Assembly: GCA_014377395.1 (NCBI GenBank)
Contig: JACMPS010000391.1
Location: 1 to 31,151 of the forward strand
Direction: 5' to 3'
Source of the DNA: Chthonomonadaceae bacterium
Lineage (GTDB): Bacteria > Armatimonadota > Chthonomonadetes > Chthonomonadales > Chthonomonadaceae
DNA length: 31,151 nt
Under the pieces are notes generated by a model that was not told the DNA's origin, did no database searches, and saw only the letters and a program-made list of their open reading frames with translations. A program made the translations under genes and the position numbers. This document shows, in pieces, positions 1 to 8,997 of this stretch. Numbering within the stretch: the stretch's first letter is position 1; each line of letters opens with the position of its first letter.

Positions 1-471
1 ATTGGGTTCTTGATTTCAACGCCAATCCCCCGGCGAAACGGGTGGCTGATCGAGCAAATCGTGCGGGGCAAAAACGCTCCGAATGGAACGACAGAATTGT
101 TGGTGCAGGGGGCAATGCAAACGTTGGCGGCGGAGGGATACGAAACAGTGACACTGGGGCTGGCTCCGCTTTCGCGTCGTGCCGCCCTCCAAGTGACCCC
201 GACACAACTCTGGCTTCGGCTTTTGTTTCGTTGGATGCGGGCACACGGCAAACGCTTTTACAATTTCGAGGGACTGGATACATTCAAGGCGAAGTTCAAG
301 CCCGATGTATGGGAACCGATCTACGCGCTCTCCAACGAGGAGCAGTTTTCGCCCCACACGCTTTACGCACTGGCGGCGGCATTCAGTGACGGCACTCCGG
401 TGGGCGCGGTTTCACGCGCTCTGGTTTCTGCACTACGGCAGGAAATCAAGTGGACGCGCAAAAAAAAGTGA
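1..471 (+). CDS. DUF2156 / aminoacyl-phosphatidylglycerol synthase C-terminal (MprF-C-like) domain protein, 5'-partial
   Basis: Frame is open from base 1. Motifs 'GYETVTLGLAPLS' and 'RFYNFEGLDTFKAKFKPDVWEPIY' resemble the MprF/DUF2156 C-terminus. Confidence 0.75.
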   Translation: MGFLISTPIPRRNGWLIEQIVRGKNAPNGTTELLVQGAMQTLAAEGYETVTLGLAPLSRRAALQVTPTQLWLRLLFRWMRAHGKRFYNFEGLDTFKAKFKPDVWEPIYALSNEEQFSPHTLYALAAAFSDGTPVGAVSRALVSALRQEIKWTRKKK

Positions 472-537
472 GGGAGTAAGCGAAGTATTATGCGCTTTAC
501 CCCTCACATCCGGTGAATATTTCTGCATTTTTCTCTG

Positions 538-1626
538 TTACGGCGTCAGGCGCACCCGCAACAGAACATATCCTTTTCGGTCGGGTTGAACGACAACGAC
601 GTTCGGGCGACCGGCTGAATTGGTTCTCCCCATCATCTGCTGGGGAATGGCGGTTCCGATTTCATCATTCGAGGTCATCGAGTAGGGCGGGGTTCGTAGT
701 CCTGTTTTCCCCTCCGCTTTCGTGAGACGTCCTACTGAGTTCAAGGCGTTCAGAAACTCCTCAACTTTTTCTGCGGGAACCCGTACCGCGACTTCACGTT
801 CGGTCTTTGCCGGATTGCCTGTCACTCTTTCAAGACGCCCTGTTTGTGGAACTCCGGAGATTTTGCCGTCTACCTTTGCAACAGTTGCTCGAAAGGAGTT
901 CAGAAAACCTTCTCCAGTCATTCCCCCCTCTGCACTCGCCAGTTTCAGCACGGGGGTCTCGACGGTAGGTTTGCCCTGCGCGACGAGGGTTGCATGACGA
1001 TGACGCTCTTCTCGCTTTAGTCTTTCGTTCTCCAATCGCTCACGCTTTGCATCGTCCGCCACCATATTCGAGGCTGCGGCACTGTATGGATCGTCTGCGC
1101 GTGGAGTGAAAGAAGGGATTTCCTCTCTGATTGCGCTTAGACCAATCGTTGCTTTTGGCTGTTTGGAGGACACGGAGGGAGAAGGACGAACTTGAGCCAT
1201 CTGAGACACCGGGTTGGAAGCGGGCAAAGCCGCCGTTCCCGTGTGGCGACGATAAGCATAGACGCTCCCGGTCATCAGCACGGAGATAATCGCCAGTGCC
1301 GCAACGCCGAGAGCGTAGCGTGGCGAGGCGGTATTTGTCTTGAAAAGATGACGCCCCGAAGCCGGTTCAAGGGCGTTCAACGGAGTGACTTCCGGCAGAC
1401 TTGCCAGAATTTTTGCTCGCAATTCCGGGCGTGGTGTTGCCCGCTCCAACTCCTTCATCTCGCTCCCCAATCGGCGTAACCACGCCCTCTCTTCTCGACA
1501 CGACGCACAACGAAGGAGGTGCAAACGCACCCGCCCCGCTCTCCAAATCGAAAGCTCACCGTCGAGGCTTGCTTTTAATTCATTCGTTATTTTGTGTTCC
1601 GATTTTTCGTGTGCGTCAGTTGTCAT
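538..1626 (-). CDS. Zinc-finger anti-sigma factor (zf-HC2, one TM, extracytoplasmic C-terminus with a DUF4349-like segment)
   Basis: Hx3Cx2C motif 'HLLRCASC', hydrophobic TM 'ALGVAALAIISVLMTGSVY', and 'VRVPAEKVEEFLNAL'. ATGA overlap with the sigma gene stop. Confidence 0.8.
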   Translation of the reverse strand: MTTDAHEKSEHKITNELKASLDGELSIWRAGRVRLHLLRCASCREERAWLRRLGSEMKELERATPRPELRAKILASLPEVTPLNALEPASGRHLFKTNTASPRYALGVAALAIISVLMTGSVYAYRRHTGTAALPASNPVSQMAQVRPSPSVSSKQPKATIGLSAIREEIPSFTPRADDPYSAAASNMVADDAKRERLENERLKREERHRHATLVAQGKPTVETPVLKLASAEGGMTGEGFLNSFRATVAKVDGKISGVPQTGRLERVTGNPAKTEREVAVRVPAEKVEEFLNALNSVGRLTKAEGKTGLRTPPYSMTSNDEIGTAIPQQMMGRTNSAGRPNVVVVQPDRKGYVLLRVRLTP

Positions 1627-2183
1627 ACGCCTCTTCCTTCGTAAACATAGCCGCCCAGCAAATCCCGCAACCGCTTAAAAGCGTTCGATAAGCGAGATTT
1701 TACGGTTCCCACCGGTAAATTAAGGGTTGCGGCAACTTCCTGATACGTCAAACCCTGCAATTCATGGAGTACGATCACGTCTCTATGTGCAGGAGACAGC
1801 CGATTGATCGCGGCTTCCACTCGCTCGGCGAGTTCTCGCTTATCGGCGGAAGCGGCAGGGTCATCGCGCCAATCCTGTGTGGCAAGACTGATTTCCTCGT
1901 CGAGAGGCAACGTTTCCAGTTTGCGCTTTCGGCGATAATCAAGACAGTGGTTCATGGCAACCCTGTAAATCCAGGTTCCTAGTGCGGAGTTGCCTTGAAA
2001 CCCGCCAATCGAGCGATAGACGGCGAGAAAAATTTCTTGCGTGATGTCTTCGGCGTCGGGGACATTGCCCGTAAATCGCAAGCCGAGACGGTAGACACGC
2101 GCTTCATAGGCGTCGAGAAGTTCCTCGAAAGCCTTGCGGTCTCCCTGTCCTATTCGTGCGATCAGCCGTTTCTCGTCGCGCAT
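1623..2183 (-). CDS. ECF (sigma-70 group 4) RNA polymerase sigma factor
   Basis: Region 2 'DAEDITQEIFLAVYRSIGGFQGNSALGTWIYRVAMNHCLD' and region 4 'LTYQEVAATLNLPVGTVKSRL'. Confidence 0.93.
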   Translation of the reverse strand: MRDEKRLIARIGQGDRKAFEELLDAYEARVYRLGLRFTGNVPDAEDITQEIFLAVYRSIGGFQGNSALGTWIYRVAMNHCLDYRRKRKLETLPLDEEISLATQDWRDDPAASADKRELAERVEAAINRLSPAHRDVIVLHELQGLTYQEVAATLNLPVGTVKSRLSNAFKRLRDLLGGYVYEGRGV

Positions 2184-2422
2184 CGTTGCCTGATTTCCGT
2201 TCTATGCAGAGGTGCGAATTCTCTAAGTCAGTTTCGTCTTTCACAACGAAGAGGACGAAACGAATAGGTTTTGCCCTTCGTACCGTGTGATAAAGTGTTA
2301 CACTCTGTTACGTGTGTGAGCAAAGACCGCGTTCCTGCTACTCTTTTTGTCGTGAAATAGGGCTTGAGGGTTCACACAACAAAAGGACACGTTACGTAAA
2401 CTCTCGCTCAGGAGAAACTCTC

Positions 2423-2932
2423 ATGAAAACCAGCTCTCGCCTTGCTCTCGGTGGTATTTTCGCCTTGTTCGCTTTGTTGTTTCTCGGTTATCGGCTAACT
2501 CGCACGGAGCCAGCAATTTTTACAATGGAAAAAGCGAGTGCCTTGCTCCAGAGAATGGAAACCGCCGTCGAAAAAAAGGACGCCGGAATGTTGCTTGGCG
2601 AGGTTTCGTCAAGTCCGGGCGTGAAACTGAATGGTTTAAAGGAAGAGCAGATTCGGTTTATGCTGGCGAAGGCATTTCGTAGTACGGGGAAGTTAAAGGC
2701 GACAACGGACAACGTTAAATTTTCGGGGGGAGACAGCGAGGCACAGGTCAATTTTCATGTTGTCGTCAAGGATTATGGGAACGATGCGACCAGCGAGCTT
2801 TACAACGCAAATCTGATGATGCGATTTCGGCGTGAGGAGGTTTCGCACTATCTGGGGCTAGTCAAATCGCAAGAGTGGCGCATTGTCGAGGTAAATTCAG
2901 ACGGGCCCAGCCTCGATAACTTCGCGGAGTAG
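2423..2932 (+). CDS. Hypothetical membrane-anchored/secreted protein, possibly NTF2-like fold
   Basis: AGGAG at 2410-2414 before ATG 2423. N-terminal hydrophobic segment. C-terminal 'EWRIVEV' strand pattern. Confidence 0.65.
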   Translation: MKTSSRLALGGIFALFALLFLGYRLTRTEPAIFTMEKASALLQRMETAVEKKDAGMLLGEVSSSPGVKLNGLKEEQIRFMLAKAFRSTGKLKATTDNVKFSGGDSEAQVNFHVVVKDYGNDATSELYNANLMMRFRREEVSHYLGLVKSQEWRIVEVNSDGPSLDNFAE

Positions 2933-3043
2933 TCCCGGCTTACAAGCGGCTAGGTCTCGTTTCCCTGATTCAAGCGGAAGAGTTAGCCCCTCGCTCTTTT
3001 TCCTCCCCTTCGCTAAGAGCCGTCAAAGTGCATCAATTTTGTT

Positions 3044-3082
3044 CCTCCCCCTTACGGAAGGGGGGAGGTTAGGAGGGGGTGA
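3044..3082. repeat. C-run/G-run palindrome (family C)
   Basis: cctccccctt-acgg-aaggggggagg hairpin followed by ttaggaggggg. Similar to the inverted repeat at 18902-18995. Confidence 0.5.
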
Positions 3083-3158
3083 AATCGCCCCTGTCTCTAA
3101 AATTATCTCCCCCTCACATTTTCACGAAGGGGAAGACTTTAAAATTTTTTACAGCCGG

Positions 3159-3392
3159 TTACTGCGCTTTGATGCCCAAAAACCAGTTTTCCAGATCTTC
3201 TTTTGAGGTGAAATCGAGTAGAGCTTCACCGAGATCGTTGAGCTGATCAGAAGTCAACGCCTCCAATCGCTTCTGCGTCTCGGATGAGAAAGCACCGATC
3301 CGACGTTGCATCTGTCGAAAAACGAGTTCCTCTTTTCCTCTCTGTAACCCTTCCTCAAGTCCCTTTTTCTCCCAATAGGTCAGTACTTCCAT
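3159..3392 (-). CDS. Predicted in-frame internal small protein (Rpn short isoform, 77 aa)
   Basis: AAGGAG (3404-3399), 6-nt spacer, then in-frame ATG at 3392 just before the DUF4351 region. Confidence 0.6.
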   Translation of the reverse strand: MEVLTYWEKKGLEEGLQRGKEELVFRQMQRRIGAFSSETQKRLEALTSDQLNDLGEALLDFTSKEDLENWFLGIKAQ

Positions 3393-4082
3393 TGCACTCT
3401 CCTTTTCCTGCGGAACCAACTTTTCCAGATCACGCTCAAACCGTTTCAACTCTTCTGCGGTGAGCGTCAGGTAACTTTCAACGAACCCACCAATGAGTTT
3501 TGTTTTTGCCGGATCAAGCCTCAAAGTTGCAAGTAACCGCAAACATTCGAGTTTGACTTTTGGTCTCTCCTCTGGCTTCATTTTCATTTTTGCCATCAGC
3601 GCACACGCCACCGGGTTTGGTGTGTTCACAAATTTTCGCCACGAAAGTTGATTGAGTTGGATCACCCGATATTGAAATTGTAACACACTTCGGTCAGGAA
3701 AGGCGACTTCGTATTGTTGTGGCTCACGACGAAGCGGTGTGTCAAACGAAAAAATGACGACTGGATAAATTGGTAGCCCGTACTTTTCGTGAAGGCGAGC
3801 AAAATAGTGAAACATCCGCCGGGGGAAATCGGATTGTGCCGATGCCTGATTCTCAACGTGAATGAGAAAGTAGGCGTCCTGTCCACGAAACTTTACTTTC
3901 ATCAGCAGGTCTACTTCGTGCTTGTCGCCGGAGGTAATATCCGTAAAGATTTCCTTGTCCAGTGGAACAATTTCAACCTCGCCGTCCAGATACTCCCTCA
4001 CTTGCGGCAAAAAGAGTTCGATGAACTCAATGAAAAAGGTAGAAATTAATTGCTTGAAAAGACGGTCGTGATTGGGGAACAT
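3159..4082 (-). CDS. Rpn-family recombination-promoting nuclease / putative transposase with C-terminal DUF4351
   Basis: 'HDRLFKQLISTFF', 'VDLLMKV', 'HVENQ', 'RMFHYFARL' PD-(D/E)XK-type core. C-terminus 'LEALTSDQLNDLGEALLDFTSKEDLENW'. Confidence 0.88.
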   Translation of the reverse strand: MFPNHDRLFKQLISTFFIEFIELFLPQVREYLDGEVEIVPLDKEIFTDITSGDKHEVDLLMKVKFRGQDAYFLIHVENQASAQSDFPRRMFHYFARLHEKYGLPIYPVVIFSFDTPLRREPQQYEVAFPDRSVLQFQYRVIQLNQLSWRKFVNTPNPVACALMAKMKMKPEERPKVKLECLRLLATLRLDPAKTKLIGGFVESYLTLTAEELKRFERDLEKLVPQEKESAMEVLTYWEKKGLEEGLQRGKEELVFRQMQRRIGAFSSETQKRLEALTSDQLNDLGEALLDFTSKEDLENWFLGIKAQ

Positions 4083-4186
4083 AAAAGAGAGTTTACCCCC
4101 ATAAGTGGCTGGATTCAGTAAACTCTCATTCCATCAAATGTTTTGGACTGCGTTGAAATTAACTTTTTCGCAGTCCAATCGCACCT

Positions 4187-5047
4187 TCAGCGTGAAGACG
4201 GGTTGCGCCACGAATGTTCCGGTTTCCAGCCTAGCACTTCCGCGCTGTGAGTGGTATCGAACAGGCTACGGTTCGGATTTTCTGCAAAGTAGTTACCTTT
4301 GTCGCCGATCCAGGGAATTTCACCCCAGAATTCTTCGACGAGTTCACGACACGGTGTTGAAACCGAAGTGTCCGAAGCCATCAATAAAAAGGCGTCCGCT
4401 TTAATTGTCTCGTTTTTCAGAGCCAACATCACGGCGTTGCACACATCGCGAATGTCAATGTAGCCCCAGAACTCAGTTTTGCCCCATTTGTCGTTTTCTT
4501 TTTTGTGATTGACCATGTCCTTATAATTTTCGGGAAGGGTCACATAGCCGGGACGAAACGAAATCGCCTGTATTCCGTGTTTTGCGGAAAACGAACTCCC
4601 CATGTCCTCCCCAACGTGTTTGGACAGTTGGTAAGGAGTCATCGGGTGACGCGGGTAATCGTCGCCAATGGGAAGGTGAACCGGAGAGCGATGCCCCCCG
4701 ACGGCTCCCAATGCGTTGACGCTTGAAAACAAAACGTATTTCCGGACGCCCGCCTCAAGTCCGGCTTGCAGGATATTCCAGGTTCCCATCACGTTCGTTC
4801 CGAAAACGCCCTCGTCATTGCCGCGCTGATCGTTTGCAATCGCTCCCATATGCACCACTGCGTCTACGCCGCTCATCAGGTTGCGGACAGTGGTGAGATC
4901 ACGTAAATCACCGGAAATATGTTCCCAATCCCACTCTTTTTTCTTTGCTGTTTTGTCGAAGGTACGGATTTCATAGCCCGCTTCAAGCAGGTATTTGGTT
5001 TGCCGTTGCCCGATGCGTCCTGCACTGCCCGTCAGTAAAATTCGCAA
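4187..5047 (-). CDS. NAD-dependent epimerase/dehydratase (extended SDR)
   Basis: 'ILLTGSAGRIG' Rossmann motif and 'YQLSK' YxxxK. Probable TTG start at 5047 behind AAAGGAG. The ORF-track extension to 5179 runs through a REP copy. Confidence 0.88.
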   Translation of the reverse strand: MRILLTGSAGRIGQRQTKYLLEAGYEIRTFDKTAKKKEWDWEHISGDLRDLTTVRNLMSGVDAVVHMGAIANDQRGNDEGVFGTNVMGTWNILQAGLEAGVRKYVLFSSVNALGAVGGHRSPVHLPIGDDYPRHPMTPYQLSKHVGEDMGSSFSAKHGIQAISFRPGYVTLPENYKDMVNHKKENDKWGKTEFWGYIDIRDVCNAVMLALKNETIKADAFLLMASDTSVSTPCRELVEEFWGEIPWIGDKGNYFAENPNRSLFDTTHSAEVLGWKPEHSWRNPSSR

Positions 5048-5125
5048 GGTTGTCACTCCTTTCTCTGATTGTTGATACCTGTTCATCTCTATAGAAGTGT
5101 GGAAGGGTAAAGTTGACACATTTGC

Positions 5126-5183
5126 CGCAGGAATGAATTCCGCGCTCGGAGGCGAGTACGCCCCGTGTCCTGCGGACACACCA
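5126..5183 (+). repeat. REP-like element, family A
   Basis: cgcaggaatgaattccgcgc ... ccccgtgtcctgcggacac, near-identical to 15553-15604. Confidence 0.8.
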
Positions 5184-5229
5184 ATAGCCGAATTTCGTTT
5201 TGGGCAAAAACTTTCTTAATACCTCCCAA

Positions 5230-6303
5230 CTATTGTACGGAGGGTTGTGCTCTGCGTTTCGGGCCGATCTCGCCGCTCTCCAGCATCGAAACCAGTGCCG
5301 AGTCTTCGGTTTTCAACGGAAGGTCAATGCGTCCTCGCCAACGACTCGACTCGTAGGCGGCGTAAATCACTTCGGTGTGTTGAATCGCGTAATCAATCGA
5401 GAGTAACGGCTTATAGCCGGGAGTGTCAAGGGCTTTGATTAGGTCGGCACAGGCAAGATCAATTGGGTCGCTCCCCTTGATATTTTCGATCATAGGAATG
5501 ACGCGCCAATCGGAATCCTGCTCGGTTCTCACCTTGAGCGCGTTTTCCGAAGGGAGTTCGATGATGCCTTTTGTTCCGGTAAGGCGCATCATCGTCGTTA
5601 GCTTCGAGTCATGTCCCGTCACCATGATCCCGCGAACGCCGTTTGTCCATTTCCAGTAAACAAGTCCCTGTTGCTCCATTGGTGCGCCGAAAATGACATC
5701 CGGTTCTCTGAGATCAATCTGCCCGATGACCCATTCTGCCGGAACGTCGCCATTAAAGAAGAAAAGCATATCGAGCCAGTGCGTCCCCCAATCGAACAGA
5801 TTGCCGCACTCACACTCCATTAAAGTCAGGTCGCCGAGTTCGCCGCTCAAGATGATTTGCCGCGCCTTCTGAAACGCTTCCAGATTTCGCCGCTGGTGAT
5901 TAAACGTGACAATCGTTCCGTTTGCATCCGCCGCCGCTTTCATCCGCTTTGCGTCGCCCCAGGTTGTTGCCATTGGCTTTTCACAGTGAATGGCTTTGAC
6001 GCCCGCCTCACACGCCGCGACAGTCATATCGGCATGAAGGTGAGGCCAGGTGGCGATACTCAGGATTTCGGGCTTGATCTCAGCTAACATTTCTTCGTAA
6101 TTCGTGAAAATTGGTGCGTCTACGTTATACTTGTCCAGGAACAGGCGAGCATTGTCTTCGCGGACATCGGCGACGGCGACGAGTTCCGTCCTTCCCGTTT
6201 TTGCAAACCCGTGCTGGTGCGTATGAGACATTCCAAACCCGGTGGCTCCGTCGGATTTCCACGGGCGTCCCGTGCCGATGATGGCGTAGCGATAAACAGA
6301 CAT
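5230..6303 (-). CDS. Gfo/Idh/MocA family oxidoreductase
   Basis: 'YAIIGTG', 'HCEKPMA', 'NHQRR', 'DWGTHWLD'. Start is ATG 6303 or TTG 6315 behind AGAGGAG. Confidence 0.9.
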   Translation of the reverse strand: MSVYRYAIIGTGRPWKSDGATGFGMSHTHQHGFAKTGRTELVAVADVREDNARLFLDKYNVDAPIFTNYEEMLAEIKPEILSIATWPHLHADMTVAACEAGVKAIHCEKPMATTWGDAKRMKAAADANGTIVTFNHQRRNLEAFQKARQIILSGELGDLTLMECECGNLFDWGTHWLDMLFFFNGDVPAEWVIGQIDLREPDVIFGAPMEQQGLVYWKWTNGVRGIMVTGHDSKLTTMMRLTGTKGIIELPSENALKVRTEQDSDWRVIPMIENIKGSDPIDLACADLIKALDTPGYKPLLSIDYAIQHTEVIYAAYESSRWRGRIDLPLKTEDSALVSMLESGEIGPKRRAQPSVQ

Positions 6304-6332
6304 AAAGCACAACACTCCTCTAAAACGCGATT

Positions 6333-6365
6333 TTGCCCTACCGATCTCGAAAATCGGTAGGGCAA
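6333..6365. terminator. Perfect 13-bp hairpin, possible terminator or REP-like palindrome
   Basis: ttgccctaccgat-ctcgaaa-atcggtagggcaa. No clear U-tract. Confidence 0.4.
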
Positions 6366-6423
6366 TGATACCCGATTTAAGGGCATCGGAAGCCCTCTCT
6401 TTCGCTCAGTTTAAGAGTTTATT

Positions 6424-6859
6424 TCACGTCTCACCTTGTTCAAGATTTAGATCGGAGTAATCATGCAGGATTTTCAAGGCGTTTTCTTCCGACATAAAAG
6501 AGGCTCCTTCGTACTCCTCCCAGACATGAAATATCCCGGGGTCTTCCTCATTAACAAGAACAGGATCAAGGGTCGAATCGAGTGCGATGCTCAGACTCCA
6601 ATGATCCCAACGCGCCCCAGTCCTCTTGTTGAAGAAGTTGTTGGATTTCTGCCGCCGTCTTCAAGGCAGATGCTACTTCCTCGAAAACAAAGCCGTAGCC
6701 GTCGCCGCCATCATAAAATTTCGTTCCTGAATGGGATTGGGCGCACCTATGAATAATGGCGCCATGACGATCAAAAACATCCTGCCTGCCACCGAGACGG
6801 TTAGAATTTTCAATATCTGTTTTAAGGAATGTCACGGTTCCTGTAGGTAGACTGGACAT
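6424..6859 (-). pseudogene. Frameshifted, degenerate stand-alone class III nucleotidyl cyclase-like gene
   Basis: 'MSSLPTGTVTFLKTDIENS...GGDGY' matches the cyclase N-half. Frame stops at 6566. The +1 frame continues 'SLSIALDS...GASFMSEENALKIL' to TGA at 6424. Confidence 0.6.
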
Positions 6860-7063
6860 CTGAATCCTCACAACGACCCTCACAGGGAGTCATGCAAAAA
6901 GAGTCACGCAAAAGCGGAAGGGAGCGCGATAACAAAAGTAAACGTAAATCTTTGAATGGCAATCTATGAATGACGACTGAAAAGCACAAAGAGAACAGTA
7001 AATTTACGGGAATATATTACCCTAAGTTTCATCTGTGACAAATTATCTTATCAATGTCCGCTC

Positions 7064-7092
7064 TTGCTTTTTAGAGCGTGCTACGGTATCAT
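7064..7092 (+). promoter_or_regulatory. Putative sigma70 promoter of rpsF-ssb-rpsR
   Basis: TTGCTT (7064-7069), 17 nt, TATCAT (7087-7092). Confidence 0.55.
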
Positions 7093-7239
7093 AGCGTGAT
7101 AAAATAGGCACTGTTACGAAATTCTCAGGCTCGAAACTTCTCTGGAGAAGCAAGACCGAAAGAAATTTGGACAAAAGATTCGCCCCTTTTCGTCGTGCTT
7201 CTTCCCGCTCCGGTCGCGCCGGAGCCGAACCACGTTTTC

Positions 7240-7329
7240 TTTCATAACTTCCCTAACTTTCCCTCAAGGAGAGCGGATCGAATGAAAAGTGAGAGCGTGA
7301 TTTTAGACCGAGGGGAGGTGAATAAAAAG
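7240..7329 (+). promoter_or_regulatory. Possible S6:S18-binding rpsF leader
   Basis: cttccct (7248-7254) is complementary to aggggag (7311-7317) covering the SD. CCC tracts are present. 'tagacc..ggaggtg' sits just before the start. Confidence 0.35.
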
Positions 7330-7632
7330 ATGCGCCACTACGAAACAATGTATATTGTGGACGCCGACACGCCCGACGAAAATGTCGAAGCGATTATTGA
7401 GAAATATAAGAAGGTCGTGACGGACGGCGGCGGTGAAGTTTCCGAAGCAGGACGCTGGGAAAAGGGTCGCCGCAAGTTAGCCTACGCAATCAGCAAAAAG
7501 CGTGAGGGATTTTATGTCCTGATGCAGTTTACGTCGGGAAACGAAGTTCCTAAAGAACTGGACCGAATTTTCCGCATTGGTGATGATACCCTTCGCCACC
7601 TAATCTTGCGTCAGAACGACGATGAGGAGTAG
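7330..7632 (+). CDS. rpsF: 30S ribosomal protein S6
   Basis: 'MRHYETMYIV...GRRKLAYAISKKREGFYVL...LRHLILR'. GGAGGTG SD. Confidence 0.97.
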   Translation: MRHYETMYIVDADTPDENVEAIIEKYKKVVTDGGGEVSEAGRWEKGRRKLAYAISKKREGFYVLMQFTSGNEVPKELDRIFRIGDDTLRHLILRQNDDEE

Positions 7633-7806
7633 TCTGAAGTTCACGGGAAATTATTTTGTAAATTCTTTTCCGCATTTCACGACTTTTTAAGAGTTAATTT
7701 AGGGACGGCGTAAAGTACGCCGTTACTCGTTACAAAACAAGTTTAAGGACCGTCGGAAGTTTTTGCGTTTCGCAAAAGTTTTCGTCAGGATAAGGAGAAT
7801 TCGGAA

Positions 7807-8319
7807 ATGGCAATCAATCGCGTGATTCTGGTCGGCAATCTCGCTCGTGACCCGGAAGTGAAATACACCCCCGCTGGCTTGCAAATTGCAAGTAGTTCAA
7901 TCGCCGTCAATCGCATTACCAAAAACGAGAGTGGCGACTATGAGGTGGACTTTTTCAACATTACGGCGTTTTCGCGCACTGCCGATTACATGAGCAAGTA
8001 CGTGACCAAGGGAAGCAAAATCGCCATTGAGGGACGTTTACAAACTCGTTCTTGGGTAGATCAGGCTTCAGGACAAAAGCGCACTTCGTTTGAGATCATC
8101 GTGGACAACATCCAGAGTCTTTCTTCGCGTCAGGACGATGCAGGAAGCCGCACTGGAGACGATGCCAACCGCGAAGAGTATGCTCCGTCACAACCCTCCG
8201 CTCCGGCGGCTCGTGCTTCCGCTCCGTCTTCTCCAAACCCTACTCGCACATCTCGCTCCGCTCCCCCGCCCCCCTCGGCGGATGAGTCGGATGATGCCGA
8301 TCCTTTTGCGGATGAATGA
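7807..8319 (+). CDS. ssb: Single-stranded DNA-binding protein
   Basis: 'INRVILVGNLARDPEVKYT', 'IEGRLQTRSW', acidic tip 'DDADPFADE'. Confidence 0.97.
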   Translation: MAINRVILVGNLARDPEVKYTPAGLQIASSSIAVNRITKNESGDYEVDFFNITAFSRTADYMSKYVTKGSKIAIEGRLQTRSWVDQASGQKRTSFEIIVDNIQSLSSRQDDAGSRTGDDANREEYAPSQPSAPAARASAPSSPNPTRTSRSAPPPPSADESDDADPFADE

Positions 8320-8369
8320 GTAGCGCGTACCCCGCGTCTGTCCTCTGAGATAGGAATTGGGGTAAACGA

Positions 8370-8711
8370 ATGACCATGTCAGGTGGCCCGTCCCGGAGAC
8401 CCGGTGGCGGTGGGAGTGGCGGCGACAGAGACCGGGGTGGGCGCGATGGCGAACGCTCCGGGCCCGGGGGCCGTCCCAACAATAAGTTCCGTCGTCCTCG
8501 TCGCAAAGTCTGCATCTTCTGTGTGGACAAAGTGACGGCGGTGGATTACAAGCAGATGACTTCGAGCAAGTTTCGCCATAAACTGGTGAGCGAGCGCGGT
8601 AAGATCGTTCCCCGTCGTACTACGGGAACTTGCGCCAAACATCAGCGAATGGTGCAGGAAGCAATCAAGCGAGCGCGACACCTTGCCCTTCTGCCCTTTG
8701 TGGCGGATTAG
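8370..8711 (+). CDS. rpsR: 30S ribosomal protein S18 (zinc-binding type) with Gly/Arg-rich N-terminal extension
   Basis: 'RRKVCIFC...VDYK...[20 protein letters not shown]...[12 protein letters not shown]'. Confidence 0.96.
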   Translation: MTMSGGPSRRPGGGGSGGDRDRGGRDGERSGPGGRPNNKFRRPRRKVCIFCVDKVTAVDYKQMTSSKFRHKLVSERGKIVPRRTTGTCAKHQRMVQEAIKRARHLALLPFVAD

Positions 8712-8735
8712 GCATTGGAGTTGCTCTAAAATACG

Positions 8736-8778
8736 AAAACCATTGTCTCCTTTTTTGGAGACAATGGTTTTTCTGTTT
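8736..8778 (+). terminator. Intrinsic terminator after rpsR
   Basis: 15-bp stem aaaaccattgtctcc / ggagacaatggtttt, followed by tctgttt. Confidence 0.8.
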
Positions 8779-8785
8779 CAATCTC

Positions 8786-8870
8786 AGTCCACGTAGGTGG
8801 ACTTCGCGCCTTGGATGTCGGAGGTTTAGACCGCAGGTAAAAGACTCCGGGGAATTTATTCCCCGGCTAC
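8786..8870. repeat. REP-like composite, family B
   Basis: agtccacgtaggtggact hairpin plus reverse-oriented ccggggaatttattccccgg-ctac. Confidence 0.8.
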
Positions 8871-8997
8871 TGAGGCGTCTCAATCACAACAGGCGACGCC
8901 CCTACAGTGGACTGAGTGCAGGAATTCTTCCCTTGTTTGTTGAAAAACAATCGTGAAACGCCTCTACTTTCCGCCCCGTAGTCATACCGAACACGCC

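Noticed and set aside
2296-2311. TGTTAC direct repeat with a 10-bp period as a regulator site
   Set aside because: Only two short copies and no matching promoter geometry, so it could be chance.
5048-5179. N-terminal extension of the epimerase in the ORF track
   Set aside because: It translates a REP copy ('AEFIPAA'). The SD supports TTG 5047. The same artefact produces ORFs 15392-15859 and 20686-21039.
7195-7329. 45-codon extension of rpsF
   Set aside because: S6 homology and the GGAGGTG SD point to ATG 7330.
7705-7723. acggcgta/tacgccgt hairpin between rpsF and ssb, and a gcgacgcccctac remnant near 8893-8905
   Set aside because: Single short palindromes. They may be decayed REPs, but there is no second copy in the window to support a family.
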